Source: Callorhinchus milii (lineage: Eukaryota). Taken from it: a stretch of DNA of 35,160 nt. Each line of letters starts with the position of its first letter. Position 1 is the first letter of the stretch. The notes beneath the pieces were generated by a model. That model ran no database searches and was not told where the DNA came from. It saw only the letters and a program-made list of their open reading frames with translations. The stretch lies in assembly GCF_018977255.1 (NCBI RefSeq), contig NW_024705549.1, positions 1-35,160 on the forward strand, written 5' to 3'. The translations under genes and the position numbers were made by a program. Below, piece after piece: positions 1 through 12,735 of the stretch.

Positions 1-1250
1 CGACTGACTGAGACGACTGGATGATGCACCACCTGTGCCCCTACTGTGGCAACTTGCTGTGCTTAGGCACCCGGCGCTCTGCTCGTTGTTGTGAGCGTCG
101 CTCCTCCGCCCTCCGTTGTTGTTGGAGGGCGACTGCCTCCAACTGCTCTGTAGCGTCCTTCACGAGCCTCCTCCACAGAGGCCGATCTTGACACGGCTGG
201 TACTAGTCATCGGCAAGTCGACTCAGCTCCACGTCCTCCTGTACCACATCACTCCATGTCTTCTCTAGCCGTGCGCGCCCATTTAGCCCCCTCGATCCGG
301 CCGAACAAAAGCTGTTTAGGCATACGGTGGCTGGCCATGCGGGCTACACGACTCAGGCAACGCAGCCTTGCCTGCCGGAGGAGCTCACCGATGGGACTTT
401 GTCCACATCTTTCAAGGATTTGTGAGCTCCTCACACAATGCAGCCTGGTTAAACCCAGGATGGATCGTAGGCAGGCCATCCGAAATGTTTCTAACCGGCG
501 AAAATGTTCCTTTAGGGGGTCCAAGTTTAGCAAGCGTAGAGAAAGGAGGGAATTACTGTGGCTGAGAAGACCTGAAGCTTCGTGCGGAGTGATAGACCAG
601 GTAGCTTTCACACAGTGTTACGCAACCAATGAAAAGATAATGTGGCTCGACTGATTCGGAGTGAGACCTCTGCTGTTAAACTGGAGCCGGTCATAAGCAC
701 ACTGCCCAGGTATGCGAAACTCTCCACTCTCTCCACAACTGCCCATCACCAATTGGGAGTTGTGGGGTGGAGTGTCCGATGGTACAAAATACCCAGGCAG
801 GTGCTTAGTTTTGGAGAGGCTGATGGTAAGGCCCCACCTCTTGGTGGCAAGCTCCAGGTTCAGCAGCAGCACCTTGAACTCCTCCTCCGAGTGAGCAGCA
901 GTTAGCAGATCATTGGCATACATAACGTGGTTGAGCAATAGGGAGCCATCCCTTGACTGCACCCGGGCATCGATCAGCCTCTCATTGTATCTGTAGCAGA
1001 TGGTAATTCCTCTGAAGTACGTGGTAAAAATATATGTAAAATAATGTGGGAGCCAGACATCCCTGTTGCACCCGAAGGTGTAAAGGGAATGTCTCTGACT
1101 CACGGCCACGTAGTTTGACACGGGGCCGCTCACCATCATAAAGGTCCTTAAGGATCGTGAGCAGAGGGTCAGGGACTCCGAAAGCACGAAGAACAACCCA
1201 GAGGCCAGGCCTACTGATGGTATCATAGGCCTTGACCAGGTCAATAAAGC
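1..1250 (-). mobile_element. RTE-clade LINE fragment (RT plus C-terminal region), frameshifted
   Basis: Overlapping - strand ORFs give FIDLVKAYDTISRPGLWVVLRAFGVPD, VQQGCLAPTLF, VMYANDL, GLTISLSKTK and RLRCLSRVARMASHRMPKQLLFG, which are typical RTE motifs. Bases 1-325 match the copy at 31263-31597. Confidence 0.85.
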
Positions 1251-1828
1251 ACACACATGGACTAAGACGCACACAAGGACCAACAGACACGCAAAGAAAT
1301 GGACTTACACTAACTAACATGGAGCCACGCACACACAGCGACTAACACACATGCACATGGACTGACACACACATACACTTGAGATATACACACACATGGT
1401 GTCACACACATATCGACGTACACACATACAGCAACTCTCACACACACACATAGACTCACACACACATACATAAACTGACACACATTGGCGTACACAAACA
1501 TACACATATGCACTCTCATACACAGACATACACTTTAGATAAAGACGCATGGAGTATAACACACATATTAAGTCACACACATGCATTGACTTACACACAC
1601 ACATCGAATGACACGCACACATGTATGGACTTATACACACATGTAGACTAACACACACACATATGGACTGACACACACATACACATGGACGTACACACAC
1701 ACTGACTGACACACATAGACACACAAACGCACATTGACTTACACACTGACATGGAGCCATGCACACACATCGACTAACACGCACACACATATGGACTGAA
1801 ACACACACATCGACTCACACACACACTC
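1250..1828. repeat. CA-rich microsatellite/minisatellite (acacacatggact-like unit)
   Basis: Visible CA runs with recurring atggact/atcgact. Explains the Cys/Val-rich spurious ORFs. Confidence 0.9.
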
Positions 1829-2039
1829 GACGGGCACAGCAACCCCGATGATGGCACAGCTATCAGTATCGCAGTACTACGTATGAGTAAATAGCGTGAC
1901 GTGAGCGATGAAAACAATAGAAATGCATTGAAGAAATAAGCAGAAATCACAGACTGGCAGTAGACCATGGCAGCGTTATAAAAGCGCATCAAAAAAAGGG
2001 GAAATTAAGCACCCAAAAATCCAAAAAGAGTTTTGTGTA

Positions 2040-2250
2040 CACAAACATAATTATTGTAACATGTCAACTCGTTTCATAATGGTAAACAATGAACCTGAGT
2101 AGTTATCTTAACAAAACAGAATTATTGTAACATCAGTGAATTGTTTCATAATGGTAAACAATGAAGCTGAGTTTTATCTGCACACAAACATTATTATTGT
2201 AATGTTTGTCAACTAATGTGTTTAACAACAATAAACAATGGACTTGAGTT
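2040..2250. repeat. ~70-bp tandem repeat, about 3 copies
   Basis: attattgtaa...aaacaatg...tgagt recurs near 2050, 2120 and 2190. Confidence 0.7.
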
Positions 2251-2284
2251 GTTAGCGTAAGAAGCAAGGAAATTTGTACTTAGC

Positions 2285-2875
2285 ATAGGCGTGTTGAGGC
2301 CTTGTGCGATGCGTAGCCCCCGTCCTGGCCTACATTGGCGAGGCGCGGAGTTGGCACATTGCCAGGCTAGGGGCTGGGCCGCTACCCCTCTCCAACATCC
2401 GCGCCCGTGCAAGAATAATGCTATGTAAGCAGTAAAATATTATTATCTACGGAGTCTGTAGTATAAACTGAACGCATCGTGTTGGGGGGGGGGGGGCGAA
2501 GAGGACATGACACTGTGAAGAAATATCCGCAGCGTCATGTGTGTACGCGTTGACTGTAAAACGCGTAAAAGAAAATGTCTCCCGTGAGCTGGAGCGAACG
2601 CGCATGACTTGGCAGGGTCCGCCCCCCCCCCACGCAATTGGCGTCACTTGGTCAGTCGATGTCGTGCAATAAGTAAATAATGAATAATAAAAATGGCACA
2701 ATGTGTTAATTAAACTACTTTAAAGTTTACGGACGGGAAAACGGAATAGCCTATACCCACCACGGGGCTTAGGGCGTGCCGCCTGGCAAATTATTTCAGT
2801 GTTAAACACCACCGTCCGAGAGCCAATCCCCCGCAAGCGCGAGCGCACGGAGACTTTTATATAAGAAGAAAGATG
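2285..2875 (-). mobile_element. Non-autonomous dispersed repeat, possibly Helitron-like; inverted relative of 24675-25303
   Basis: Collinear similarity to the reverse complement of 24675-25303 (tttaaagtt.acgga, ggaatagc, cggggctta.ggcgtg, caccgt..gagagccaa, ggcctca.cacgcc). Both copies begin A|TCT...TATAAAA. Confidence 0.5.
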
Positions 2876-4334
2876 TCAAGGCGATCAGTACAAAGACAAT
2901 GCAAGTATCAGAGCATTTATAGCTCGGGTTGAGCAGCTTTATCATGGGATACATTTTTTGCATTGTCTTTCTACTGTTCGCCTTTTGGCGTTCTCTGGTC
3001 TGGCACTGGTAGTGAGACTAGGCCATAAAGAAGGCTGTCTTTGGTGTAGGCCAATCGGTTTCAAAGACAATGCATATATTATCAGAGCATGTTTGCATGT
3101 TCACCACAAGTACGTATGGTGAATGCAGTACATGATTCCTTGAAATTTGTATATTTGTTGTTTGAACATCTTAACACCTCCTGTTTTTTTCCAGAAAGAG
3201 TAAAACACTATTCTTATTTTTCATACTTTTATCAGTCTAGCTTACTTTATCTTGATTTGTTACATGGATGATCCCTTTTAGTCAGTTTGAGCAGCGTTCC
3301 AATTTATTGGCTAAACCGGTATAACATTTGGCAATGACAGGACATCTGTGTAAATGCTGCAAATCTGACCATCGCAACAACATGTCTATCCTATTCCAAT
3401 AAAAATTAGTGGTAATATAAATTATTAAATCATGTGTTGCACACTCGAAATGAAGGACGTGGGCAGGTGCTCCAAATCGAGGGCAAGCACATTTATTTAT
3501 TGTGGTTAATATTAATCTTGTGAAGAACAGCACCGTCACTCTGTAAAATGCAACAGCACGTGTTACACGCAGCAATTCTTCCGAGTCGCCATTAACCATG
3601 TGGCTGGTTTACACGTGCAGTTATTCATTAACCCTGCCAGCCACCTACAGGCCCAACTCAGTCATCACATGCTGCTGTACACACATGCATTGATGCACTG
3701 CACAGCACATCAGGACTTTCACAGAACCACACTTTACTCCCTTGCTGCACTAGGACATAATTAAAAGAGTGATCCATTCCTAATGTGCCACACATGCTAT
3801 GCTATGCAATTATTATCATTGTGAAAGATAGCTATATATATATATCACAGTAACGTTATAAATCAACAATTGAATCTAACTGAACTGAAAACCAGAGCTA
3901 ATAACCAGGTTTCAACCACTATTTTTATAGAACGAAAACCCTCAAAACGGGTTAATAAAGAAATATATACTGCCATTTGGGGGTCTAGAACAAACCGTCA
4001 AAAGGATGCAGTGAACGGTCTAAACCCATTTTGCATAAATAGTGATGCTTGTGACTTGGATGGTAAATATATTCAAATCCCTGAGCCAATGATGTCCAGG
4101 GCACATTGAGCACGGTTTGTCAGTCACTGGGTGACAGTGCAGCGTGAAGTCTACATTCAGTCAGTTGGCACGGCTGGCTACATACGGTGCGAAATAAGTT
4201 CCACATACGTGTATACAAGGGATCAAAGTGATAGGGTCACACTCACTAGGACGCGGGATATAAACATAAATACAGTGCAACGACAAAGACCCCCCCATAT
4301 AGCCTCAACATATTGTTGGGGCAAGTGCTGTTAG

Positions 4335-4539
4335 TGAATAGCATCCATGAAGGTCGGCACTGTGGCACACGAGGGGGTGGGTGGCCGGCACCACGCCCGG
4401 CCGCCTTTGTCTCCCTAGTGATGATGTTTACTACACATCGCACCAGGTACTCATTCGAGGCTGAGTCGACCTAGAGGAGGAGGCCCATGACCGGTTCAGG
4501 TAACCGCCACTGGCGTTAGCCACCACACTACCGCTCCCC
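4335..4539 (-). mobile_element. tRNA-derived SINE with Deu/Nin-like core
   Basis: The - strand begins ggggagcggtagtgtggtggctaacg (A-box-like), then ggtcgactcagcc...aatgagtacc...aaaggcggccgg, which resembles conserved SINE core sequence recalled from memory. Confidence 0.45.
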
Positions 4540-5264
4540 ATAATAATAATAATACAGTACTCGCATAGATACACACACGTAGAACGATAACCATAGGGCT
4601 AAATGCAAAAATGTGCGATATTTAACAGTACATTTGAATATTAAGGGATTTACCAGGAGGATTCTAGTGGGTTCGAATTAGGTGCACACACACAGCTCGG
4701 AGGCAACACTATTTATTAGAACGGTAAGTAATATAACACTGCACATAAAGTGGTGACCACCTTCCTTAACTCACTAACACTTTAGAACACTATACAGCAT
4801 GACCAAGGCAGGCAATGGGCTGCCTGGTCACGGACGACGACCCTGGACTTGAGGACCGATGATGTCGTCTTCACTTCGGGGTTCAACAGCCCCTGCTCCG
4901 CGTTCACACCCCGCTTATAACCGCTCCGGCGTGGCCGGCTCCGCCCAGCCCACGCCTCCCTTCTCGAACCTCCGGGAAGGTGCGAAAGAAGTTCAACAAA
5001 CTCTACTATAGAGTCACGGTGTTCCTGCTGGGTGGGTGTCTGCATAGTCAGCCATCAGCCACTACGCTATCGTTTTCCCTGTGTGTTTTTAAAGAACGCA
5101 TCCCTTTCATAAATCGAGGGATACCTGGACACAAAATGAAAAGCACTTCATAAAATAGAGGTTATTATTATTATATATAAATCTGCCAATTTGGTTTACC
5201 GATGTTAACATTGCCATTACCGATGCTCAATGTGATGTCAACATTACAACTTTGTGTTTATTAG

Positions 5265-5519
5265 TGGCTGAGCGGGTACTAAAGCAGAAGCACATCATCA
5301 AGGGTACTGAAGTGGTGTGTTCTGAGTTCATCATCACATCCGCAAAGCCAAGAGAGGAATCTCTGGACCCACGGCGGATTCTGCTCAGTGGCTTCGCAGG
5401 ACCAGAGGACAAAGACACCCTGAAAATGTTTATTGAAAACTGCAGTAAAACGGAGGAGTTCGACATTGAAGACACTGACAATATAAGTTATAAAGTTGTA
5501 ACTTTCGCCACTGATATCG
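5265..5519 (+). CDS. PARP14: PARP14-like internal exon (RRM-like), phase 1/1
   Basis: Acceptor tttgtgtttattag and donor G|gtaagt; 255 nt. Encodes (V)AERVLKQKHIIKG...RRILLSGF...TLKMFIEN...VVTFATDI, resembling PARP14 N-terminal RRMs. The symbol denotes the family; orthology is not proven. Confidence 0.8.
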
Positions 5520-5744
5520 GTAAGTTAAATCCGTTACATTCTATAATTGACAAACAATGCAAAAGGCGCATTTTCACAGCCACGAGACATTGGACTTTAA
5601 GTCATAATCGTTTCCCCGTACACCAAAGAAGACGACATCTTTTATAATATACATGTATTCTGAGTCAATCCTTCTTAGGACAACATGTGCTTATCCTAGG
5701 AAGGATTGAATTAGAAAAATTACGTAAGGACATGCATACCAGGT

Positions 5745-6399
5745 CAGGGCCGGATGAAGGTTCTGCTAGGCCCGAGGCACTTCTGTTTCATGTGGCCTTC
5801 AGTGACAACTCTCTACAGTTCGTATTGCTGCCCATGTTACTACCCTTGCACTATTCTTTCTTTATTGAGAATAAGATTGTGCGAAAAACACCATTTGTAG
5901 ATGTTATTTGCTAATTTTGCAATGACATTTATTTAAAAAAAAAATCAAAAATTTCATCCCCGATGTTAATTTTTCGCTCACTTTAAAAAAAACGATCGAC
6001 ATGACTCTGCTTCTTTGGATATACACTATGCCTCTCCTTGCTATATAAATACATTTATTTATTCAAGAAGATATCTTGGTTACATTTGTTTTATCACACA
6101 AAAACACGGTAATTTTTTCTCGTAGGCCTTTAGTTTTTGTAGGCCCTAGGCATTGCCTATTGTAGCCTATTGAATAATACGGCCTTCGTGGGTGGGTGAG
6201 TGTTTGGGCAGTGAGTGGATACATGAGTGGGTGACTGAGTGAGAAAGTGGGTGGCTGGGTGAGTGAGTGGGTGAGTGAATAGGTGAGGGAAGAGAGTGGG
6301 CGAGTGAGTGGGTGAATGAGTGAGAGAGTGGGTGGCCTGGTGAGTGAGTAGGCCCCAGGCACAGTGCCTATTGTGGGCCTATTGGATAATATGGCCCTG
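5745..6399 (+). mobile_element. Non-autonomous hAT element (MITE) with 8-bp TSD
   Basis: Termini CAGGGCC...GGCCCTG, flanked by identical TACCAGGT at 5737-5744 and 6400-6407. Contains a GAGT/GGGT microsatellite (6190-6350) and a duplicated right end. Confidence 0.85.
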
Positions 6400-6749
6400 T
6401 ACCAGGTGTGTGGGAAACAGCAAGTCCAGAGGCCCGCATTGAAAATCCGGGCTTCTTATATCGCGGCTCTGCCATGGAAGGTGCAACTAGCTGGGTTGTG
6501 GTGGTGCACACCTCTAAGCCAGCGATGTCTATGCGACAGTTGGTGGATTACCGCATGGATGTTTCAAAACTCCCTTCCCACGGACGTGCATGAGGTACAG
6601 TACCCTCGCTCACCAAGAGATGGCAGTACAGCTAAACAAAGTTAAAACTTTTACCAAGTAATGCCCACTGAGCTATTTTCAGAAGCAACCTGGCGCTGGA
6701 CATACTAGCTCCATTAAAATCACGAACTGCTAGGCAGTCTTCCCACGAC

Positions 6750-8816
6750 ACTCACTGGCTCTCAAGAGATGCCATCATTGCTAAGCGAACCAGGAGGCGC
6801 CTTGAAAGTATCGCACCCCGCAGTGGTCTACCTGCTGATCGACTTGCTTACAGAGTCGCCTGCAGGAAAACTAACAAAATGATCCTAGTCTCACGTCCCT
6901 CCTACATTGAGGAACGCATCAAAAAAGCAACCGGAAAACCGCACATTCTATGGAAAACCCTCGAAGATCTTCTACATCCTGGTAGCACCATGGTCCCTCA
7001 CCTTAGCGATCCCCTGGCCTCACTGAAACTTGCCACCTCTTTTAATACTTACTTCACCAACAAGCTAATCACCATCGCAAACTCGTGCACGTCTACCGAC
7101 ACATCGCACCATTGTACCCCACTCATGGTACCTAAAATTGTAAGCACTAACCCAGACACTCTTCTAATTACGCTAAAGCCGGTGTCTACAAAAGACGTTT
7201 TCTCTTTAATTGAATCACTTCATTTGAAGTCATCTCCACTCGACGTGCTCCCAGGTTCCTTGTTCAAGCAATGTGCTCCGGAACTCGCCATCATGATCAG
7301 GAACATCGCAAATGCCTCCTTCGGGGTGTTTTCCGTCCAACCTCAAATCTGGCCTGGTTTCTCCCTTGTTAAAGAAACCAAGTCTAGATCCGGATGACCC
7401 ATCTAGTTATCGTCCCATCACTAACCTCTCGAACCTCTCTAAACTCCTTGAACGACTAGCCCTCGCCCAGCTAAAACCACACATCACCTCCTCCGCAAAC
7501 TACTGCTGCTTACCGTCAAAACTATTCCACAGAAACAGCACTCACTAGAGTGCTCGATGACATTTTAACGATCATTGATTCCGGCTCAACTGTTGCACTT
7601 GTAAGTCTGGACATTTCGTCAGCCTTCGACACCATCAACCATTCGCTCCTTACTTCCCTCCTGAAATCCGACTTCGGTATATGCGGCTCAGCACTCAAGT
7701 GGATAGTTTCGTACCTTTCTGACCGGCAATCTTCAGTCAGGGTGGGCATGTCCACATCGCCTGAAACAATAGCATTATGCGGGGTTCCCCAGGGCTCTGT
7801 TCTAGGTCCCCTGCTCTTCACAGCCTACACTTCCCCGATCGGCCGGCTCATTGCAAGCTTCGGTGTTAAGCATCACTCATACGCGGATGACACGATTCTA
7901 TTCACCGCCATCGATTCTAGCAATGCATCTGGATTCGAGAGGCTCTCGGAATGTACCACCACCGTGCAACAATGGTTCACTGCACACAACCTAGCCCTTA
8001 ATCCGAAAAAGTCAGTGGCCATCATGTTAGGTACCAAGCAACGTCTCAATTCAGCAGCACTCCCCACACACATACACATCTTCGGTCACAGCATCAAGTT
8101 CACCGACCACTTCAGCTACCTCGGTGTCATCCTAGATTCAACTTTATCCTTCGACCGTCAAACCAACCATATCATCAGCTCATGTAACTTTCACCTGAAG
8201 GCTCTCAGACACATACGTCCTCTCATCTCTACTGAAATTGCCAACACATTGGCATGTTGCATAGTTGGGTCTCGCCTTGACTATTGCAACTCCGTCCTAG
8301 TCCGGACCTCCGCTGGCAACCTAAAGAAACTTCAAAGACTACAAAATAACCTAGCACGCGTCGTCATTGCCCACACTCATCCCCGTCTCGACTCACTAGC
8401 TTGTCTCCGCTCTCAACTGGCTACCCATCGCCAGTAGGGTCACATACAAGACCGCCTGCCTCTGCCACAATGCCTTCATATCCGCCTGCCCGCCGTACCT
8501 TTCTTCATTATTGACAACTTGCAGCTCAGCACACGGCAGATGCCTGCGCAGCGCGACTCACGACCTCCTCTTGATACCAAGATCCAGGATGGTCATGTCT
8601 ATGCGCCGCTTCTCGGTGGCAGCCCCAACAGTCTGGAACGATATCCCTCTGCACATTCGCAGCATCACCTCAATCGCCTCCTTCAAGAGACACTTAAAAA
8701 CTCACCTCTACAACCACGCTTTCGAGCGACTCTGAGCTTGGCTCCGCGCCTCTGAGTTGCGGCCACTACGTCTGCAAATTTGCGCGCGTTACAAATTGAA
8801 CTATTATTATTATTAA
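6750..8816 (+). mobile_element. L2/Crack-clade LINE, 5'-truncated, frameshifted
   Basis: WLSRDAIIAKRTRRRLE, PLLKKPSLDPDDPSSYRPITNL, LDISSAFDTINH, GVPQGSVLGPLLF, YADD, SRLDYCNS, RFSVAAPTVWN, FKRHLKTHL. 3' end cgcgttacaaat followed by an (ATT)n tail. Confidence 0.92.
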
Positions 8817-9159
8817 TGAAGTGACCTGCGACCTGCGGCACAGCAAAACCGTGGTCTTTACCTGTTCCACCTGTATGGGATAGGGTGCTTCCCCTCGTAT
8901 GCTTGTGTATCTTCTTTTGGTGCTCAGTTTTCCGGTCACATGTAAACACTCGTTAAGTGTCCAATAACACCTTCATATGTAGAGGGCGACAGAGCTTAGT
9001 GCCGGCTGCTCACGTGGCTGCCTTATAACTCGTCTTGTGACACCTCCTCGTGGCTCTGAGGATCTCTGTGCAATTCGTAAATTATATTATCGTTATGAGG
9101 CCTTATGAGCTCATGTGTAGGAGAGAGAAATGATACATGTTTGTTGTGTATGTAAAACC

Positions 9160-9275
9160 TTATTCTTTGGTTCTTTCGGTAAAGTCACGTCGGTAGAAAA
9201 TAAAATAAAACAAAAAATAATATATCACGACGTTTCGATCGCAACACAAGCGGTCGTCCTCAGGCGGAAAATAAT
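9160..9275 (-). mobile_element. Penelope-type terminal repeat (pLTR) fragment
   Basis: Shares cggtaaagtcacgt...atcacgacgtttcg...gcaacacaagc with the copies at 19.8, 24.3 and 27.8 kb. Confidence 0.65.
9226..9266 (-). ncRNA. Minimal type I hammerhead ribozyme motif
   Basis: - strand: cgc CTGAGGA c GACCGC ttgtgtt GCGATC GAA ACGT C gtg; stem II pairs 5/6. Confidence 0.7.
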
Positions 9276-9656
9276 TATCCAGCAGTGGAACTGGCCCATT
9301 TGTCGCGAAGCTGTCTGATCATCTCAAGCGGTCGCTTAATGTGGAAGGGCACACGGACACAAGAACGCAACACAGGGTAACATCGATTGTCCCCGAATTG
9401 TTTTTTTTGCCGGCTTCTCGTTACGGTTACGGGACGTTTCATATCCGATGTGTGTCCATTTACATCAGCATCTGTAAAAAAAAACCTCCCTCATCGCGTG
9501 TTTCACATATTATGCTTACATTGTATTTATTTATTTAATTGGCTAAGCCTCAGTGATACAGGTTGTGTAAACTACATGCAATGCACACAATAATAATTAT
9601 TGGAGATCTGTAAACGATATTTATGTTGTACTCCCCCTTTCTCTTTCTCTCTGCAG

Positions 9657-9881
9657 ACGTACAGCTATTCATCAGCCGCTGTGAGACAAAGTCTCATAGA
9701 AAAACTAAGATCAAGGCAGTGCAACTTCCAGTCACGAAGATTGTGCGGATTGAGAATCTGCCAGAGCTGGTTGCTGATGAAGATCTCGAGATTTATTTTG
9801 ATCGAAAACATGTCAAAGTGGAAAATGTGGAAGTTAGCACTGCAGACAGCACTGCAATGATACACTTAAGCAGTTTTGAAG
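9657..9881 (+). CDS. PARP14: PARP14-like internal exon (RRM-like), phase 1/1
   Basis: Strong polypyrimidine tract with ctgcag acceptor and G|gtaaga donor; 225 nt. Encodes ...TKIVRIENLPELVADEDLEIYFD..., typical of a PARP14 RRM. Confidence 0.88.
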
Positions 9882-9984
9882 GTAAGAGTACTTTTATTTT
9901 ACAAAAAGGCTCCTATTTTTGTCTTTACAATAACTTTTGCATATGTACACAAACAATGAAACGGTTCTGAGCCTTCTAATACAG

Positions 9985-10290
9985 AGGCGTTACCGTGGCG
10001 AGATGTTAAATACCTCGCCTGGTATACAGGAGTTTGTGGGTTCGATTCTAACCCTGACGCCTGCTGTATTTTTGTAGTTTGCGTGTCTCTCTCTCCTCCC
10101 ATGGTCGCGTGGATGTTTCTCGAGGTCCTCCAGTTTTTCCCTCAACATTTAGAATCAACGTATTAGATTATTCGGCTGCAATACATGTCCACGTGATAAG
10201 CCACTTTGTTGAGCTATCGCTTGTGGAAGGCAGGTTGCTTCTGAAAAAGAGCTACGTAGCTCAGTGGGCCGTTGCTGGTAAAGTAAAAAA
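9985..10290 (+). mobile_element. tRNA-derived V-SINE-like element
   Basis: A-box-like gtggcgagatgtt, B-box gggttcgattc, then agtttgcgtgt..ctcccatggtcgcgtggatgtttctcgaggtcctccagtttt, resembling the V-SINE (HE1/DANA/Lam1-type) conserved region. A-rich end. Confidence 0.65.
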
Positions 10291-10479
10291 ATAATTTCAA
10301 AATACAATTTATAACAGGACTTTGTTAATCTTCAACCTATTGCCCTTAAACTGGTGTTCCAAAGCTAACAAGGCCAAAGTTACGTTATTTTTCAGCTATA
10401 TAGCTCCGTGGGCATTACCTGGTAATTTTTAAATCGTTTTTTTAGTTTAATACCAATCCACTGAGGAGATTAAAGCATG

Positions 10480-10960
10480 AGTGCACGTGCTAGGTCAATG
10501 ATATGTAACTTAGAGAGGCCTTCATCCAGCTGTTAATTGATCATGAATGATGCTCATATGCATTTTAATATCGTATCTGCTCAAATAAATGTCCCTTTTG
10601 TTGCACAGCGAGGACTGAGTTTACTCTATGGTCATGTCACATATAACTTTTTTTAGAAAGGCTCTTAATTTTAGTTTTCGCTTTAACTTGTATATGTTTT
10701 ACATATCGACGGCTTTATTCTGTAAATTATACAACACTCCAAAGGCCCAGAGAGACATGTGGGTATTTAAAAATCAGCATATATGTGCACGTGCTATGTG
10801 GATTACGATATCACTTGAAGAGGCCTTCATCTGGTTGTGGATCCATTGTAGATGAAGATGATGATGCCGCATTTGTTTCTCATCCATTAAATCACAAAAT
10901 GCCCATTTTCCACACAGCGAGGACAGAGTTTATGGTTTGAAGTGATGCGTATATAACTTC
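10480..10960. repeat. Diverged direct repeat (~170 bp, two copies ~305 bp apart)
   Basis: gtgcacgtgcta...agaggccttcatc...cacagcgaggac.gagttt at about 10481-10650 and 10785-10960. Confidence 0.65.
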
Positions 10961-11589
10961 CTCCTCTACATCAGAGACGGTGTCATTTTGATGACGTAAC
11001 TTTGCACATTGTCAACAAAGCGGGACCAATTGTTGGAACAACATGATACAGGCATGACTAAATTCTTACACAGAAATCAAAGACAGCGATCATGGAAGGA
11101 TGCCTTCGTTATTTAATATTATCTTCAAAAGAAGTCGCTAAAATGTGTAATTAAGAATGACTACTGGAAGGCAACCAAATAAATCTCTCCCCCCCCGCTT
11201 GCCTTTCTTCTACCCCTCTCCGCCATGGGCCAATAGATCCTCAATTACCCAATACGTTCTTCTATATATCGGCAACCTGCAGCTCCGGAGCCGTATGCAG
11301 TGGCTCTTTTAAGGCCTGCTTCGTGACGTTATTTATTACGGACCACCGTGTCGTATTAACCACGTACATTATGGCTGGTTGAATATATCGGACATGTGGC
11401 GGAAGGACAACAGACTAAACACAAAAGGCAGTTTGAAAGAAATAAAAGATAACAAGAGTTATCTCTCTAAACAAAATATATAACAACAGTTATATATTTT
11501 TCAAGAGTTATCTATCTTATTGAAAATGCAATGCGTTTAGAATACAATGCACACTACTCTGACTCTCTGACCCTACAAGCATCTGCTCA

Positions 11590-12560
11590 GTCATGTCAGG
11601 ATTTAATCATAGGCAGTTCTGCTGCATCAATGCAGCTACCTATGCCAGACAGTCTGTTAAGCCGGCAAGAGCTGCGTCTGGGTCTCCTGAGAAGAGATAT
11701 ATATTTGGGTGTCATCGGTGTACTGGTGGCACTGTAACCCGTGCCTCTGGATGAAAGCACCCAGCGGCCTAACTTGATATTGAATAAAATGTGAGAATAG
11801 ACTGACCCCTGAGGGGGATACCGGAAGGGGAGGGTCCAGCAGGGGACACATAGGAACCCAAGGCCACCTGCTGAGTCTTGCCCTGCAGAAAATATCCAAT
11901 CCACTGTAAGGCAGTGCCTCCAATTCCTGTAGGCACCACAATAAAACCCCATGATCAATTGTATCAAAGGCCGCTGACAGGTCCATCGCCATGAGGAGAT
12001 CGTCTGCTATGCAAACCAAGGAGTACTCAGTTCCATTATGGGCCCTGAAGCCTGAATCCAAATGGCTACCCTTTCTATAATATTCCCTAAAAAGGGAAGA
12101 TCGGAGATCGGACGATAGCCAGGATATCAACATCCAGTACCATTTTCTTTAGAAGTGGTCACACTAAAGCCTTTTCAGGGGTCCTGCGAACACTCCTTCT
12201 GAAAAGAAGAGTTGACCAATTCGGTCACTATCGGGATCACTTGCTGAAAGGATTCCTTAAGAAGCCAAGAGGGACAGGGATCTAAATCACAAGTGGTCAA
12301 TTTCATCCCGCAGTAGTCTGGATGAGGTCTGCAGGCAGGACCGGTATAAAAGCCTCAAAGAAGAGAGGTGCCCTTGGGTACAAGATAGGATCACGACTAA
12401 TTTCTGGGCAGATACCCTCTCTCATGTGATCGATCTTTTTAGCAAAGAACTGATGGAAATATTTGCAGTGCTCTTCAGAAGGAGCAACCTTTGTGGACGT
12501 AGAGTCGCGGTTAATGAAACTGTTCATCATCCTAAACAGTTCAGCAGTGCAGATGAGCCC
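11590..12560 (-). mobile_element. Degraded L2-clade LINE RT fragment
   Basis: SGFRAHNGTE, MDLSAAFDTIDHGVLL and HQYTDDTQIY motifs in broken - strand ORFs. Confidence 0.8.
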
Positions 12561-12735
12561 TCTGTCCAATAAATTGTGTTGCTCATTCCTTGGCAATGAT
12601 ATAATGTCCAATATATAGCATTGACACCGCGTGCTTGTATTATACAATTTTAAATATTGTAATTATAACGTATATATAAATGTATGTTGCCAACCATGCT
12701 AACGATTCCAAATGCATGTTTCACTGTTGATATAG

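Noticed and set aside
1310..1808. Cys/Val-rich ORFs
   Set aside because: Products of the CA microsatellite.
4650..5060. Possible solo LTR (- strand TATAAG followed by AATAAA)
   Set aside because: No TG...CA ends or TSD identified, and no second copy in the window.
9985..10060. tRNA gene
   Set aside because: Only degenerate A/B boxes with no cloverleaf; continues into a SINE body.
11268..11312. hAT-Charlie-like end (ggcaacctgcagctccggagcc)
   Set aside because: Too short, with no partner end or TSD.
12684..12735. ATG at 12684 (and ORF starts at 5252, 9623, 13042) as gene starts
   Set aside because: These are intronic extensions or a post-frameshift codon; splice sites and phases explain the frames better.
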